DNA of 32,000 nucleotides from Dickeya dadantii NCPPB 898 (GTDB lineage Bacteria; Pseudomonadota; Gammaproteobacteria; Enterobacterales; Enterobacteriaceae): NCBI RefSeq assembly GCF_000406145.1, contig NZ_CM001976.1, positions 4,332,380 to 4,364,379 of the forward strand, read 5' to 3'. Shown piece by piece: positions 8,208 to 16,466 of this stretch (position 1 is its first letter; each line of letters starts with the position of its first letter). The notes under the pieces were generated by a model. It saw only the letters and a program-made list of their open reading frames with translations, ran no database searches and was not told where the DNA came from. The position numbers and the translations under genes were made by a program.

Positions 8208-10172
8208 TTAATAGGCATGCCAGCTGCGCAGCGTGCCGATGGTGACCGGCATGACATCGCTGACGTCAATGGTGTAGCGATACAGTTTGCGCGCAGCGGT
8301 GAGGCGTTCTTTCGGGTTGAAGAATTCCAGCACCACATCCCAGCAATCCGATTCCGGACGGCTGACCGGGCTACGTTCCGCGCCGATCTTGTTCAGGAAT
8401 AACCCTTCGGCGAACGCGTCGTCGAAGATTTCCTTCATCTGATAAGCGTTGGTGGCCGCATAGTTAATGGCGCGCTCATTCGAGTCGTAACCCCGGTTAC
8501 GCAGTTCGTAATAAATGCGGTTGATGAAGTTGACCAGTTCCTTGGATTTCGGCGTGCCGACGGCGCTTTCCCCCATCAGCATCTTGGAAATATCCTGGGA
8601 TTCCCAGTTGAACATGCCGCGTAATACCGGGCTGATGGTGGGGATCACCTGGCCGTTAAACAAACGGGTTTCGCCGCTGATAATCCCGGCGATGGAAACA
8701 CGCTCCACACCTTTGGTTTCCTGCTCGTACAGGAATTCCACCAAACGGGCATATTCCAGCACCGCGAACTGCGCATCCGGTTTAATGGCATAGACCGGAA
8801 TGCCGTCAATTTTCAGCGTCCAGATAAGCGCGTTGGATTGCTCCGCATTATCACCGGTATTCAAATGCTCGGCCATTTGCACCGGATCGAACGGGTAACC
8901 GCTTTTATTTCCCATCACCTGGGTAAAATAATCCAGCCGCGCCTCGGTGCCGAAGTCATAGCCGACCTGACCGATGACAAAGATCTTTTCCTGATCGCGA
9001 ACCGTGCGCGCATCCAGCAACGAGGATTGCGGCATAACCCGCCGGGCCGGCGCATGAACATAGTGATTGGCTGCCGGATCGCTGATTTTCGATAACGACA
9101 GGCCGGTGGCGCGCGACGGGGCGCTCGCTTCCGGACTCAGGCTGGAAGGCTCCAGCACCGCATCGTCGTCCAGCTCGACATCCTGAATGTCCTGGTGGGC
9201 GTCGATAATCGAGGGAACCAGCAGCTCCACGGCGGCGGGTTCAACCATTTTCTCTTCAGTTGACATGGTGATGATCCTTTTTGGTGGTTGGTGATAGAAT
9301 TCCTGTGCTATTTGCCGGAATAATTTCTGAATATTTAATCGGTATACAACAGACTCCCGATTACCTGCCGTTGACAACATGAGTGGGGTGGCCGTATTAA
9401 ACAGCACGTCCCGAATCATTTGCGACGCACGACGATCGTTTGCTACATTCATCGCCCTCATGATTAATGCCGAAACCGCCGACACCACCGGGGCAGAAAA
9501 ACTGCTACCAGATACAACAGACAGATCATAATTCGGCGTAGCAACAGGGATTGATACACCAGATGCCAGCAACATTTTCTTTCTCAGTTTCACCCCGTAG
9601 TTATTAAATGAGGCGGGCAATCCCTCTTTATCACAAGCGCCGACGGCCAGAACAAAATCCATCGACGCCGGTAATGATTCGCTATTACGGCCTTCATTAC
9701 CGACGGCCGCGATAATTAATACGCCTTCTTTTTCACAATCGCCGACGGCTTTACGTAATTCATCCGTCCCCTGGCCATTAACCGATAATGACGCGCCGCT
9801 GACGTTGATAATATTACATCCCTTTAAACGAGCATCACGAATGGCTTTTGCCAGCGTCCGCTCGGAGCAGCCATGAATATTGCCCCATTCGTCTTCATGA
9901 AAGACGGGAATACTCAGTAAGGTTGCCGCCGGTGCGATGCCAACGCCCTTTCCGCCGATAATACTACCCACTGCCGTACCGTGTGAGGTGCTTTTATTTG
10001 TCTGAGCAGAAAGGCATTCAATATTTAAATGATTTAATATCGGATGCTGGCAATCAATGGCGCCATCAATAATACCGATTTTTATTCCTTCTCCATTTAT
10101 CCCCAATTGCTGTAAATCAGAAAGTGGGTTATTCAATAATGCATTATGAGTGTTCGACGGGTGCATCATCAT
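8208..10172 (-). CDS. S8 subtilisin-like serine protease with PatA/PatG-type (cyanobactin maturation protease) C-terminal domain
   Basis: 654 aa; ATGATGATG start with AGGAAAGAG SD and no signal peptide. The S8 triad motifs are IGIIDGAIDCQHP (Asp), HGTAVGSIIGG (His), AAVGNEG (Asn) and SGSSFSAPVVSA (Ser). The C-terminal ~270 aa (GYDFGTEARLDYF, LIWTLKIDGIPVYAI, ERVSIAGIISGETRLFNGQVIP, NRIYYELRNRG, RAINYAATNAY, SDCWDVVLEFFNP, YRYTIDVSDVMPVTIGTLRSW) matches the PatA/PatG DUF as I recall it. Confidence 0.8.
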   Translation of the reverse strand: MMMHPSNTHNALLNNPLSDLQQLGINGEGIKIGIIDGAIDCQHPILNHLNIECLSAQTNKSTSHGTAVGSIIGGKGVGIAPAATLLSIPVFHEDEWGNIHGCSERTLAKAIRDARLKGCNIINVSGASLSVNGQGTDELRKAVGDCEKEGVLIIAAVGNEGRNSESLPASMDFVLAVGACDKEGLPASFNNYGVKLRKKMLLASGVSIPVATPNYDLSVVSGSSFSAPVVSAVSALIMRAMNVANDRRASQMIRDVLFNTATPLMLSTAGNRESVVYRLNIQKLFRQIAQEFYHQPPKRIITMSTEEKMVEPAAVELLVPSIIDAHQDIQDVELDDDAVLEPSSLSPEASAPSRATGLSLSKISDPAANHYVHAPARRVMPQSSLLDARTVRDQEKIFVIGQVGYDFGTEARLDYFTQVMGNKSGYPFDPVQMAEHLNTGDNAEQSNALIWTLKIDGIPVYAIKPDAQFAVLEYARLVEFLYEQETKGVERVSIAGIISGETRLFNGQVIPTISPVLRGMFNWESQDISKMLMGESAVGTPKSKELVNFINRIYYELRNRGYDSNERAINYAATNAYQMKEIFDDAFAEGLFLNKIGAERSPVSRPESDCWDVVLEFFNPKERLTAARKLYRYTIDVSDVMPVTIGTLRSWHAY

Positions 10173-10463
10173 TCTCTTTCCTGAATATGGAATTTAAAAT
10201 CCCCGGTGTTTATATACCATTCCATTTGCAAGAGAATAACAACCGTGATTATCGCACAAGTTATCAACAATCATTCCGGTTATATTTTCTTTCACTCTGG
10301 AACTGGCGCAGAACATTCACACAGCAAATACGGTATTTCTCAATAAATGCTCGTCATCGATTTATCGTTTAAAAACGCCCTGACAAGTTGCTTATTTATC
10401 TTAGGCTAATAAATTTATAGTAGCCTTACTTAAAAGATATTTTGGTATCACTTTAGTATCAGT

Positions 10464-10508
10464 TTTATCAGTGCTATGTAGCTCAATAGGTTACATAGTA
10501 CTGATAAA
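10464..10508. repeat. 17-bp-arm inverted repeat (candidate operator or RNA hairpin) upstream of the protease gene
   Basis: TTTATCAGTGCTATGTA (10464-10480), 11-nt spacer, TACATAGTACTGATAAA (10492-10508), with one mismatch. It lies in an AT-rich intergenic region about 290-335 bp upstream of ATG 10172. Confidence 0.6.
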
Positions 10509-10591
10509 TAAAATACTGAACGTTTGCTGAATAACACCTCTTTTTTTAAACGGATAATTATTCATACCAATGTGGCGAATACCTGTTCCGG

Positions 10592-10620
10592 ATAAAACCG
10601 GAGTCACCCGCAACTCCGGT
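10592..10620 (-). terminator. rho-independent terminator of the GH19 gene
   Basis: ACCGGAGT (10597-10604), 8-nt loop, ACTCCGGT (10613-10620), followed on the minus strand by UUUUAU. It lies 13 nt downstream of the stop at 10633. Confidence 0.7.
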
Positions 10621-10632
10621 ATTTCCCGCTTC

Positions 10633-11259
10633 TCAGCCAAAAGCACGTTTGGCTTTCGCCAGATAGTCCTTACGGTCTGCCAGACCATTCAGGCCACCAT
10701 TAATCCGACGCGTAATGCCATTGATGTCATCCTGATCGGCCAGCGCGCTCAGTCCGTTCTTTTTCCAGAACCAGATCGCCGCCGCCACCGACACCGCCGG
10801 GTTCTGGCTGATCAAATCCGGGTTCGTCACCAAATCCTGGCCGATAGCGCTCCCGCAGGCGCGGTAATTGTCACGCCCCGTCAGCTGAATCAACCCCCGA
10901 CCGCGGTACTTCCAGCCGTCTCCCGTTTCCGTCGCGCCATTGCCCAGCCGATTGGCGTAAACAATATTGGCGATCGACTCCGGCTTGCGTTCACACTGCG
11001 CGGCCATCTCATCGGTGGTGAAATAACGCCCAAACACCGAACGCAGCCCTTTGGCGCTGTAGTTCAAATTCTCCACCCGCGCACGCAGCTCATTACTTTC
11101 ATGCGCGATTTGGGCGACAAAGTGCGCGAAACGCAGCGGAGTATTGATCTCCGCCGCATTGCACTCCTGCTGCAACGCAGGCAGGAATAGCGCAAGATCG
11201 TCCGCACTGGCCGCCGTCATTATCTTTTTTAATTTTTCCTGGCTGATTTCAAGAGTCAT
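10633..11259 (-). CDS. glycoside hydrolase family 19 protein (endolysin-like muramidase/chitinase, COG3179 type)
   Basis: 208 aa with a strong GAGGAGG SD. Motifs are FVAQIAHESNELRARVENLNYS (catalytic Glu pair), YRGRGLIQLTGRDNY and INGGLNGLADR. There is no signal peptide or TM segment. Confidence 0.8.
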   Translation of the reverse strand: MTLEISQEKLKKIMTAASADDLALFLPALQQECNAAEINTPLRFAHFVAQIAHESNELRARVENLNYSAKGLRSVFGRYFTTDEMAAQCERKPESIANIVYANRLGNGATETGDGWKYRGRGLIQLTGRDNYRACGSAIGQDLVTNPDLISQNPAVSVAAAIWFWKKNGLSALADQDDINGITRRINGGLNGLADRKDYLAKAKRAFG

Positions 11260-11469
11260 CGGTTTTCCTCCTCAATTGCTGACGCTGCCAGTTTGCAGAG
11301 GAAACACGCTCCCTCTCTTGGGTAAACATCGGCAAAAAGCAGGGGAACATGCAGCAAACCCGGAGAAAATAAGGACATGCTGAGCCAGCCCCCGGCAGCA
11401 CGCCGGGGACGGGAAAGAGAAACGCCGTGGGCAATGCCCGCACGGTGCGGGCACATTGAGAAGAGGCGC

Positions 11470-12612
11470 TTATTGAAAAGGCGTCTGATGTTCGACCAGT
11501 TCCCACACCAGATAGCAAAGAAACGCGCAGCCAACCACGACTAGCACCATCGTCATGCCTTCCGGCCCCATACGGTCCATCATGAAGCCGATGCCAATCA
11601 GACCGGCGATGCCGCCAAGGGAATCCATCATGGTGTAGCTCATGTTGGCCGACATCTGCTGCTGCGGATGAAAGCGATCGCCTATCAGCGACAGGCCGAT
11701 GCTGTAAACGCCGCCCATACTGCCGCCCCAGACATACAGCAGCACCAGCGTGGTACCGTAATCGGCATACACCGCCAGCGCCAGAAACACCGCGCAAACC
11801 ACCGAGCAGAAAATACAGAACACCACGATCCACTGCCGGTTCACCCAGTCCGACAGCAGGCTGACCAGCATCCCGAGCGTGACGCTACCCAGCATGAACA
11901 TGGTCATCAACAACGATGCCCGCTCCTCCGTCAGCCCGTCGCTGATGCCATACAGCGTCAGGAAGTTGGGCAAACCGTAGAAACTGACGCCGCCGACCAG
12001 CGCGGACACCAGAATGGCGCGGGCATGGCGGCAGACAAAGCGAAAGCGCACCGCGGACACCGTTCCCGACAGGGGGTTGATATGGGCAATCCACACCAGC
12101 AGCAGCGCGCTCAGGCTGAGCAGTGCAGTCAGCCAGAACCGCTGCGGCATGGAAACCTGGGTCAGTTGCAGCAATACCGGTCCCAGCGCCACTCCCAGCG
12201 ACAGCGCGGCGGAAAACAACCCCATGATGACGCCGCGTCGGCGCAACGGCAGTTGATTCAGCCAGGTCTGCAACAGAATCAGCTGCATCCCGGTACACAG
12301 GCCGTATCCCAGAATGCTGACCAGCCAGCCGGGGTAGAATTGCTGCCACGCCATACTGGCGCACAGGCTGGCGCGCAACAGCACCAGCAGCAGCGTTGAC
12401 CACATCAGTCCCATCCGCTGGATAATGCGGCTCAACCGCTGGTGGAACAGCAGCACGCCAATGATTTCACAGGCCATCGCCACGCCGATCCACAGATTGT
12501 TATGGCCCTGCAGGTTCATCAGCACCGGAATGGTGACGTAATTGATGCCGGAAACCAGTTGGATCAGGAAGGTCTGCATGATTAGCAGTATCGGCAATAA
12601 ACGCGGCATCAT
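11470..12612 (-). CDS. MFS transporter (12-TM type), last gene of the ELIC operon
   Basis: 380 aa, hydrophobic throughout, with an MFS-like loop motif (LPLRRRGVIMGLFSAALSLGVALGP). Its start ATGATG overlaps the stop of the upstream gene by 4 nt (12609-12612). Confidence 0.8.
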   Translation of the reverse strand: MMPRLLPILLIMQTFLIQLVSGINYVTIPVLMNLQGHNNLWIGVAMACEIIGVLLFHQRLSRIIQRMGLMWSTLLLVLLRASLCASMAWQQFYPGWLVSILGYGLCTGMQLILLQTWLNQLPLRRRGVIMGLFSAALSLGVALGPVLLQLTQVSMPQRFWLTALLSLSALLLVWIAHINPLSGTVSAVRFRFVCRHARAILVSALVGGVSFYGLPNFLTLYGISDGLTEERASLLMTMFMLGSVTLGMLVSLLSDWVNRQWIVVFCIFCSVVCAVFLALAVYADYGTTLVLLYVWGGSMGGVYSIGLSLIGDRFHPQQQMSANMSYTMMDSLGGIAGLIGIGFMMDRMGPEGMTMVLVVVGCAFLCYLVWELVEHQTPFQ

Positions 12613-13898
12613 AGCGCCTCCGGATATTTAGGCACCTGCCAGCTCAGTAACAGCTGGCCGTGCGTCGCCTGACGGATCGTCACCTGTGCGGATTCCGCCT
12701 CCGTCTGCCAGCGCAGAAAACGCTGCCACCAGTCCGGATCTTCGGCCACTGCACCGTCCGGCTCGCCACATCGCGTCAATCGAACATCCAGCACCCAGTG
12801 CAGCAACGCCTCTTCCCTTTGGCTCACCTCGATCGTCAGCGGCTGCTGCGCCAGTTGCCGCCACAGTTGAAAACTCTGTAGCCAGAAATGCTGGCAACAG
12901 TCCGGTGAGAAATGCGCCTCCAGCGTTTTGTCCGTCGTAATCGCCAGCACCGAATTCGGACAGGGAAGCAGCGACGGCGCCGCGTTTCGCCACCATTCGT
13001 CCAGGTTTGCCTGCTGTGCCTGGACGCTTCCCGACGGCAAAGGATCGGCAGCCGTTGCCGTGGGATACGCCGGCGGCCGTTGATGATCGCCGCCGCGCAG
13101 GAATAGCAACGGCAACGGCCAGTCATACAATCGTTCCAGTTGCGAAGGCGATGCGGCATGCAGTAGCGCGTGGTAAGCCTGTTCACGGCTTGCCAACTGC
13201 ACGCGTACCTGCTGGCTGCTGCGCCGCATCCACCATACCGCCAGCCCGACAACCAGCCCGAGAAACAGAATGGTGCTGATCGCTTTGCGAAATACCTGAT
13301 TGAGCGCCTCCAGCCGCTGATAAAAGCTCGATAGCTCCAGATCCATCGCCAATACACCGCGAAACGCGCCTTGCCGATCATAAAAAGGCGCGTAGGCGCT
13401 GATGAAAGAGCCCCATTCATCCCGATACGGCTGCGCCGACACCGCGGTTTTGTGCTCCCGCAGTGCCTCAACCAGCTCCGACGGCGCATTGTCATACACC
13501 TGCATCAACGCCGGCGGCAAGTCCGGCTGGCCGTCGCCATCGTTGTCATTTTGCGGGCTGGGGTTCACTACAAACCGCACCTGGTCCTGATCCAGCACGG
13601 TGGTATAGATGTAGCGCACATCCTGCGAGGCCTGTCGAATGCGTTCCAGTTGCACCGCCAGTTGCTGATACACCGGGTCATCGCGCTCGGTGCGCGCGCT
13701 AATGTCCTGATGTAACTCGCCAGACAGCGTGGAGGCCGCCGCCCGCACGTTCGACAGCAACCCGATTTTGATCTCCTGCTCCAGCGTACTGATCGACTTG
13801 TGGTAGACCATGTAGGTGGAGAACCCCAGCAGCCCGATAAAAATCAGGCTGGCGAACAGCGCTTCCGCCAGCGCCGTACGTGAAGGTGAAGCGCTCAT
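12609..13898 (-). CDS. membrane protein with periplasmic Cache-like (PDC-fold) sensor domain and uncharacterised Trp-rich cytoplasmic domain
   Basis: True start is ATG 13898, overlapping the ELIC stop (ATGA). The 429-aa product has TM1 at about aa 10-32, a periplasmic ~170 aa with a Cache-like signature (RYIYTT..., [31 protein letters not shown]), TM2 at about aa 207-224, and ~200 cytoplasmic aa with no motif I recognise. The track extension to 14249 overlaps ELIC out of frame. Confidence 0.75.
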   Translation of the reverse strand: MSASPSRTALAEALFASLIFIGLLGFSTYMVYHKSISTLEQEIKIGLLSNVRAAASTLSGELHQDISARTERDDPVYQQLAVQLERIRQASQDVRYIYTTVLDQDQVRFVVNPSPQNDNDGDGQPDLPPALMQVYDNAPSELVEALREHKTAVSAQPYRDEWGSFISAYAPFYDRQGAFRGVLAMDLELSSFYQRLEALNQVFRKAISTILFLGLVVGLAVWWMRRSSQQVRVQLASREQAYHALLHAASPSQLERLYDWPLPLLFLRGGDHQRPPAYPTATAADPLPSGSVQAQQANLDEWWRNAAPSLLPCPNSVLAITTDKTLEAHFSPDCCQHFWLQSFQLWRQLAQQPLTIEVSQREEALLHWVLDVRLTRCGEPDGAVAEDPDWWQRFLRWQTEAESAQVTIRQATHGQLLLSWQVPKYPEAL

Positions 13899-14926
13899 AG
13901 TGTAATCCCCCGTATAACCAGCACGCCGCCAATCGCCAGGAACCCCAGAGGAAAGGCCAGACGACAACGCTGTATCAACAGATCGTCCTCCACGCCGTTT
14001 GCCTGGCGATGGTGGGCGAAAATAATCAGTAGGATCGCCGCGAAAATACTGCCATACCCGGCGATGATCATCTGGTCGATGACCGTGGTGTAAGGTAGCC
14101 GCGGCAGAATATTGCTGGTGTAAAACGCATAGGCCACCACCGTCAGCATCAGGGTGAACGAGGTCTGCAAACGCTCGGAGAAAGACTCCAGCCAGAACAC
14201 GCTCCATGACGCGGCAATGATCAGCCCCAGCGGCAGAATAAAACTCCACAGGTAGTAAGACGGGTTGCGAACGGCGTCGATCCGTACCGTAATGCGGGAG
14301 AACTCATTCTGATTGGGCTGCACGCTGCTCAAATGGTCGTAACGGATATCGCTGATGTGGGTCGAGGCTTTGCCCCGGATCCACCATTCGTCGATCTCTT
14401 CGTTATCAATATTCTCGGTGTAGACCTGTATATCGCTGAACCGCAGTTGCTGGTTGTTATAGGAAAAAGGCTCCAGTTCCAGCACGAATTGTTGACGATC
14501 GAATGGAAACAGCCGGAAGTCCATGTCATTGCTGAACGAGCCCAGAAAACGGGCGTTATAAATAACCCGCCCGTCGGGAAACAGCATCAGGCGCTTATTG
14601 CCGGTGTCCGGGCTGCCGACCACGTTGATGAATTCCAGCGCCGGCACCCATAATCCGTTATTGATCCACCGCTCGATCTGGGTGTTTTCGACAATCAATG
14701 GCTTATCGCCCGGCGTTTTGCGCGGTTTGCCGGTCCACTGCGCCACGATGTAGCCATCGACCTTGTAGGTCTGCTCCAGCGTGTTCACGCCGTAGATCTT
14801 ATTGATAAAAATGCTCACACTCACATCCACCGGGCGGGCATCCGCCGCGTTATCCGCCGGCGCGGACCACGCCGGCAATCCCAGCAGCAACAAAACAAGT
14901 CCGCAGCATGACCACAGAATCCGCAT
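13895..14926 (-). CDS. ELIC: pentameric ligand-gated ion channel ELIC (Erwinia ligand-gated ion channel)
   Basis: 343 aa with signal peptide [21 protein letters not shown]. The mature sequence [43 protein letters not shown]...[59 protein letters not shown]... matches the crystallised E. chrysanthemi ELIC sequence as I recall it (beta-sandwich plus 4 TM). Confidence 0.95.
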   Translation of the reverse strand: MRILWSCCGLVLLLLGLPAWSAPADNAADARPVDVSVSIFINKIYGVNTLEQTYKVDGYIVAQWTGKPRKTPGDKPLIVENTQIERWINNGLWVPALEFINVVGSPDTGNKRLMLFPDGRVIYNARFLGSFSNDMDFRLFPFDRQQFVLELEPFSYNNQQLRFSDIQVYTENIDNEEIDEWWIRGKASTHISDIRYDHLSSVQPNQNEFSRITVRIDAVRNPSYYLWSFILPLGLIIAASWSVFWLESFSERLQTSFTLMLTVVAYAFYTSNILPRLPYTTVIDQMIIAGYGSIFAAILLIIFAHHRQANGVEDDLLIQRCRLAFPLGFLAIGGVLVIRGITL

Positions 14927-14927
14927 C

Positions 14928-16298
14928 TCACACCTCCCCGACCGACGGAAAAGCGCCGGGTTGACCCAACGCCCACAACAGGTTATCCACCAGCGCCCGA
15001 TGGCAATGCGGTAGCACTACCAGATGGCAGAAAAGCACAGACTTTCCCTGCACCATCAGCTGTTCGCTGGACAACGAGAAACGTTCGATAATGGACGGAC
15101 TGGGCGCGCTGAACTGCACCATCAGCGAGCCGCTGATTAGCGGCTGCAGCAACAATCGCTCGCGGCCAGGATCAAGCCGTTCAAACAGATATCGAAATTG
15201 CTGGTGAGCGTAACGCTGTATCTCGTGACAGCGGCGAATCATCTCCCGCTGCCCCGGTTCGCCGAGGCGACACAGCTGATTCCACAGCACCACCGCAGAC
15301 AGGCCGGGCCGCGACCCGGACAAGGTCGCATCTCCGCTGCCGATATAGTTCGGGCGGCTGAGCGCCACCGCGCGATACGGCTCCGACAGCATCACGACGC
15401 CGCACGGCCACGGCATGCTCAGCCATTTGTACGGACTGGTGCAGATGGAGTGCAGCGACGCCGCCTGCGCATCAATCGCCAGCCGACGCCCTTCCGGTTC
15501 CGGCCAGAACGGCAAGTAACTGGACGACAGCGCGCCATCCACATGCACCCAGTAACTGCGCTGCTGCGGCGTATTCGGCGGCAGCAGTTGCCGGAGCCGC
15601 GCCGTAATCAGCGACCAGTCGTCACAGGAACCGCTGAAGGTGGTGCCGCTGGTCAGACAGACGATCACCGGCCGTCGGTAGCGATGAAAAAACATCACCA
15701 GTTGCAGCAGGCTCTCCACATCGATTCGCCCGGCGTCGTCGCACGGCACCGCCCGCGGCCACACACCGGCGTTAATGGGGCAGCGCCCCAGCTGTGGGCC
15801 GGCTTCGGCGGGCGTCGCCAGTTGCAACACCCGGCAGGCTTTAGCCAGCGAATAGTGGCTGCGCTCGGAATACAGCACCACCGGCGCGTAGCGCGCCCGC
15901 GTCATGGCCGGCCAGTGCGTGGTGCTCGCCCCGCACAGAAAATCGCGCGCATTCCACAGCGCGAACAGGTTGCCTTCGGTCGACCCCATCGCGGTCAGGT
16001 ACCCCCAGTACGGCGACGGCAGGTTCCACAGCCGGGCGTAATAATCCAGCACCGCCCGTTCAAAACGCTTGCTGTTAACCTGGTAGGCACCGGGCTCCAT
16101 GCTGTCCCCCAGATTCAGCAGATTCATGTCCAGCAACGGGCGCAATACGGTGTCGAACTCACCCTGTTGGTTGGTCTGAAACCCGGCGAAATGTCGCCGC
16201 TGCTCCTCCATGCGCGCGGTGTAGGCCCGCAAAATTCGCCTTCGCACCACATCGTGTACGCCTTCAGCCAAAATCGTTAATTCATCAATCGGTTGCAT
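14928..16298 (-). CDS. group II PLP-dependent amino-acid decarboxylase (histidine/aromatic decarboxylase-like), first gene of the ELIC operon
   Basis: 456 aa with a GGAGAG SD. Motifs are [36 protein letters not shown], and the PLP-Lys context [16 protein letters not shown] (Lys291, nt 15426-15428). The stop lies 1 nt from the ELIC ATG. Confidence 0.8.
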   Translation of the reverse strand: MQPIDELTILAEGVHDVVRRRILRAYTARMEEQRRHFAGFQTNQQGEFDTVLRPLLDMNLLNLGDSMEPGAYQVNSKRFERAVLDYYARLWNLPSPYWGYLTAMGSTEGNLFALWNARDFLCGASTTHWPAMTRARYAPVVLYSERSHYSLAKACRVLQLATPAEAGPQLGRCPINAGVWPRAVPCDDAGRIDVESLLQLVMFFHRYRRPVIVCLTSGTTFSGSCDDWSLITARLRQLLPPNTPQQRSYWVHVDGALSSSYLPFWPEPEGRRLAIDAQAASLHSICTSPYKWLSMPWPCGVVMLSEPYRAVALSRPNYIGSGDATLSGSRPGLSAVVLWNQLCRLGEPGQREMIRRCHEIQRYAHQQFRYLFERLDPGRERLLLQPLISGSLMVQFSAPSPSIIERFSLSSEQLMVQGKSVLFCHLVVLPHCHRALVDNLLWALGQPGAFPSVGEV

Positions 16299-16450
16299 AT
16301 TCTCTCCGTCTGCTCATTTCAGCGATAAAGGCAGGGTAAGGAATCGCCCGGTTGGCGAGCGCGGCTGTTCAGCGTGGAAATACGGCGAAATGCGGGAGAG
16401 AGGGAGCTGACGTCGGCAACGAGGTCAGTTAGCGGGTCATCCGGCGTGCA

Positions 16451-16466
16451 AGTGACCGGTTTCACA
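16451..16466. promoter_or_regulatory. candidate CRP binding site in the divergent decarboxylase/pelB region
   Basis: AGTGACCGGTTTCACA versus the consensus TGTGA-N6-TCACA has one mismatch. pel genes of Dickeya are known to be CRP-activated. Confidence 0.5.

Noticed and set aside
7916-8245. 109-aa plus-strand ORF covering the peptide gene region
   Set aside because: It runs through the terminator hairpin and antisense to the SD-equipped 49-codon ORF. It has no SD and a junk composition.
10124-10688. Small ORFs 10124-10372 (+) and 10491-10688 (-) in the AT-rich spacer
   Set aside because: They overlap the protease start or the GH19 terminator and inverted repeat. They have no SD and low-complexity sequence.
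11445-11463. Hairpin TGCCCGCA-CGG-TGCGGGCA just after the MFS stop, considered as the operon terminator
   Set aside because: No U-run follows on the minus strand. A second GC hairpin (CCCCGGC-AGCAC-GCCGGGG, about 11390-11408) also lacks one. Termination here is plausible but not supportable as a canonical intrinsic terminator.
11668-12403. 243-aa plus-strand and 172-aa minus-strand off-frame ORFs inside the MFS gene; also 11249-11833 (194 aa)
   Set aside because: These are Gln/Arg/His-rich or Ala/Gly/Arg-rich low-complexity translations overlapping a coherent 12-TM reading frame.
13899-14249. N-terminal 117-codon extension of the Cache-protein ORF (track start 14249)
   Set aside because: It overlaps the ELIC coding region out of frame. 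ATG 13898 forms the ATGA coupling with the ELIC stop and begins a sensible N-terminus plus TM.
15198-16280. 360-aa plus-strand ORF antisense to the decarboxylase
   Set aside because: The composition is Arg/Pro/Gln-rich junk and the ORF has no SD. The minus-strand gene has clear PLP-decarboxylase motifs.
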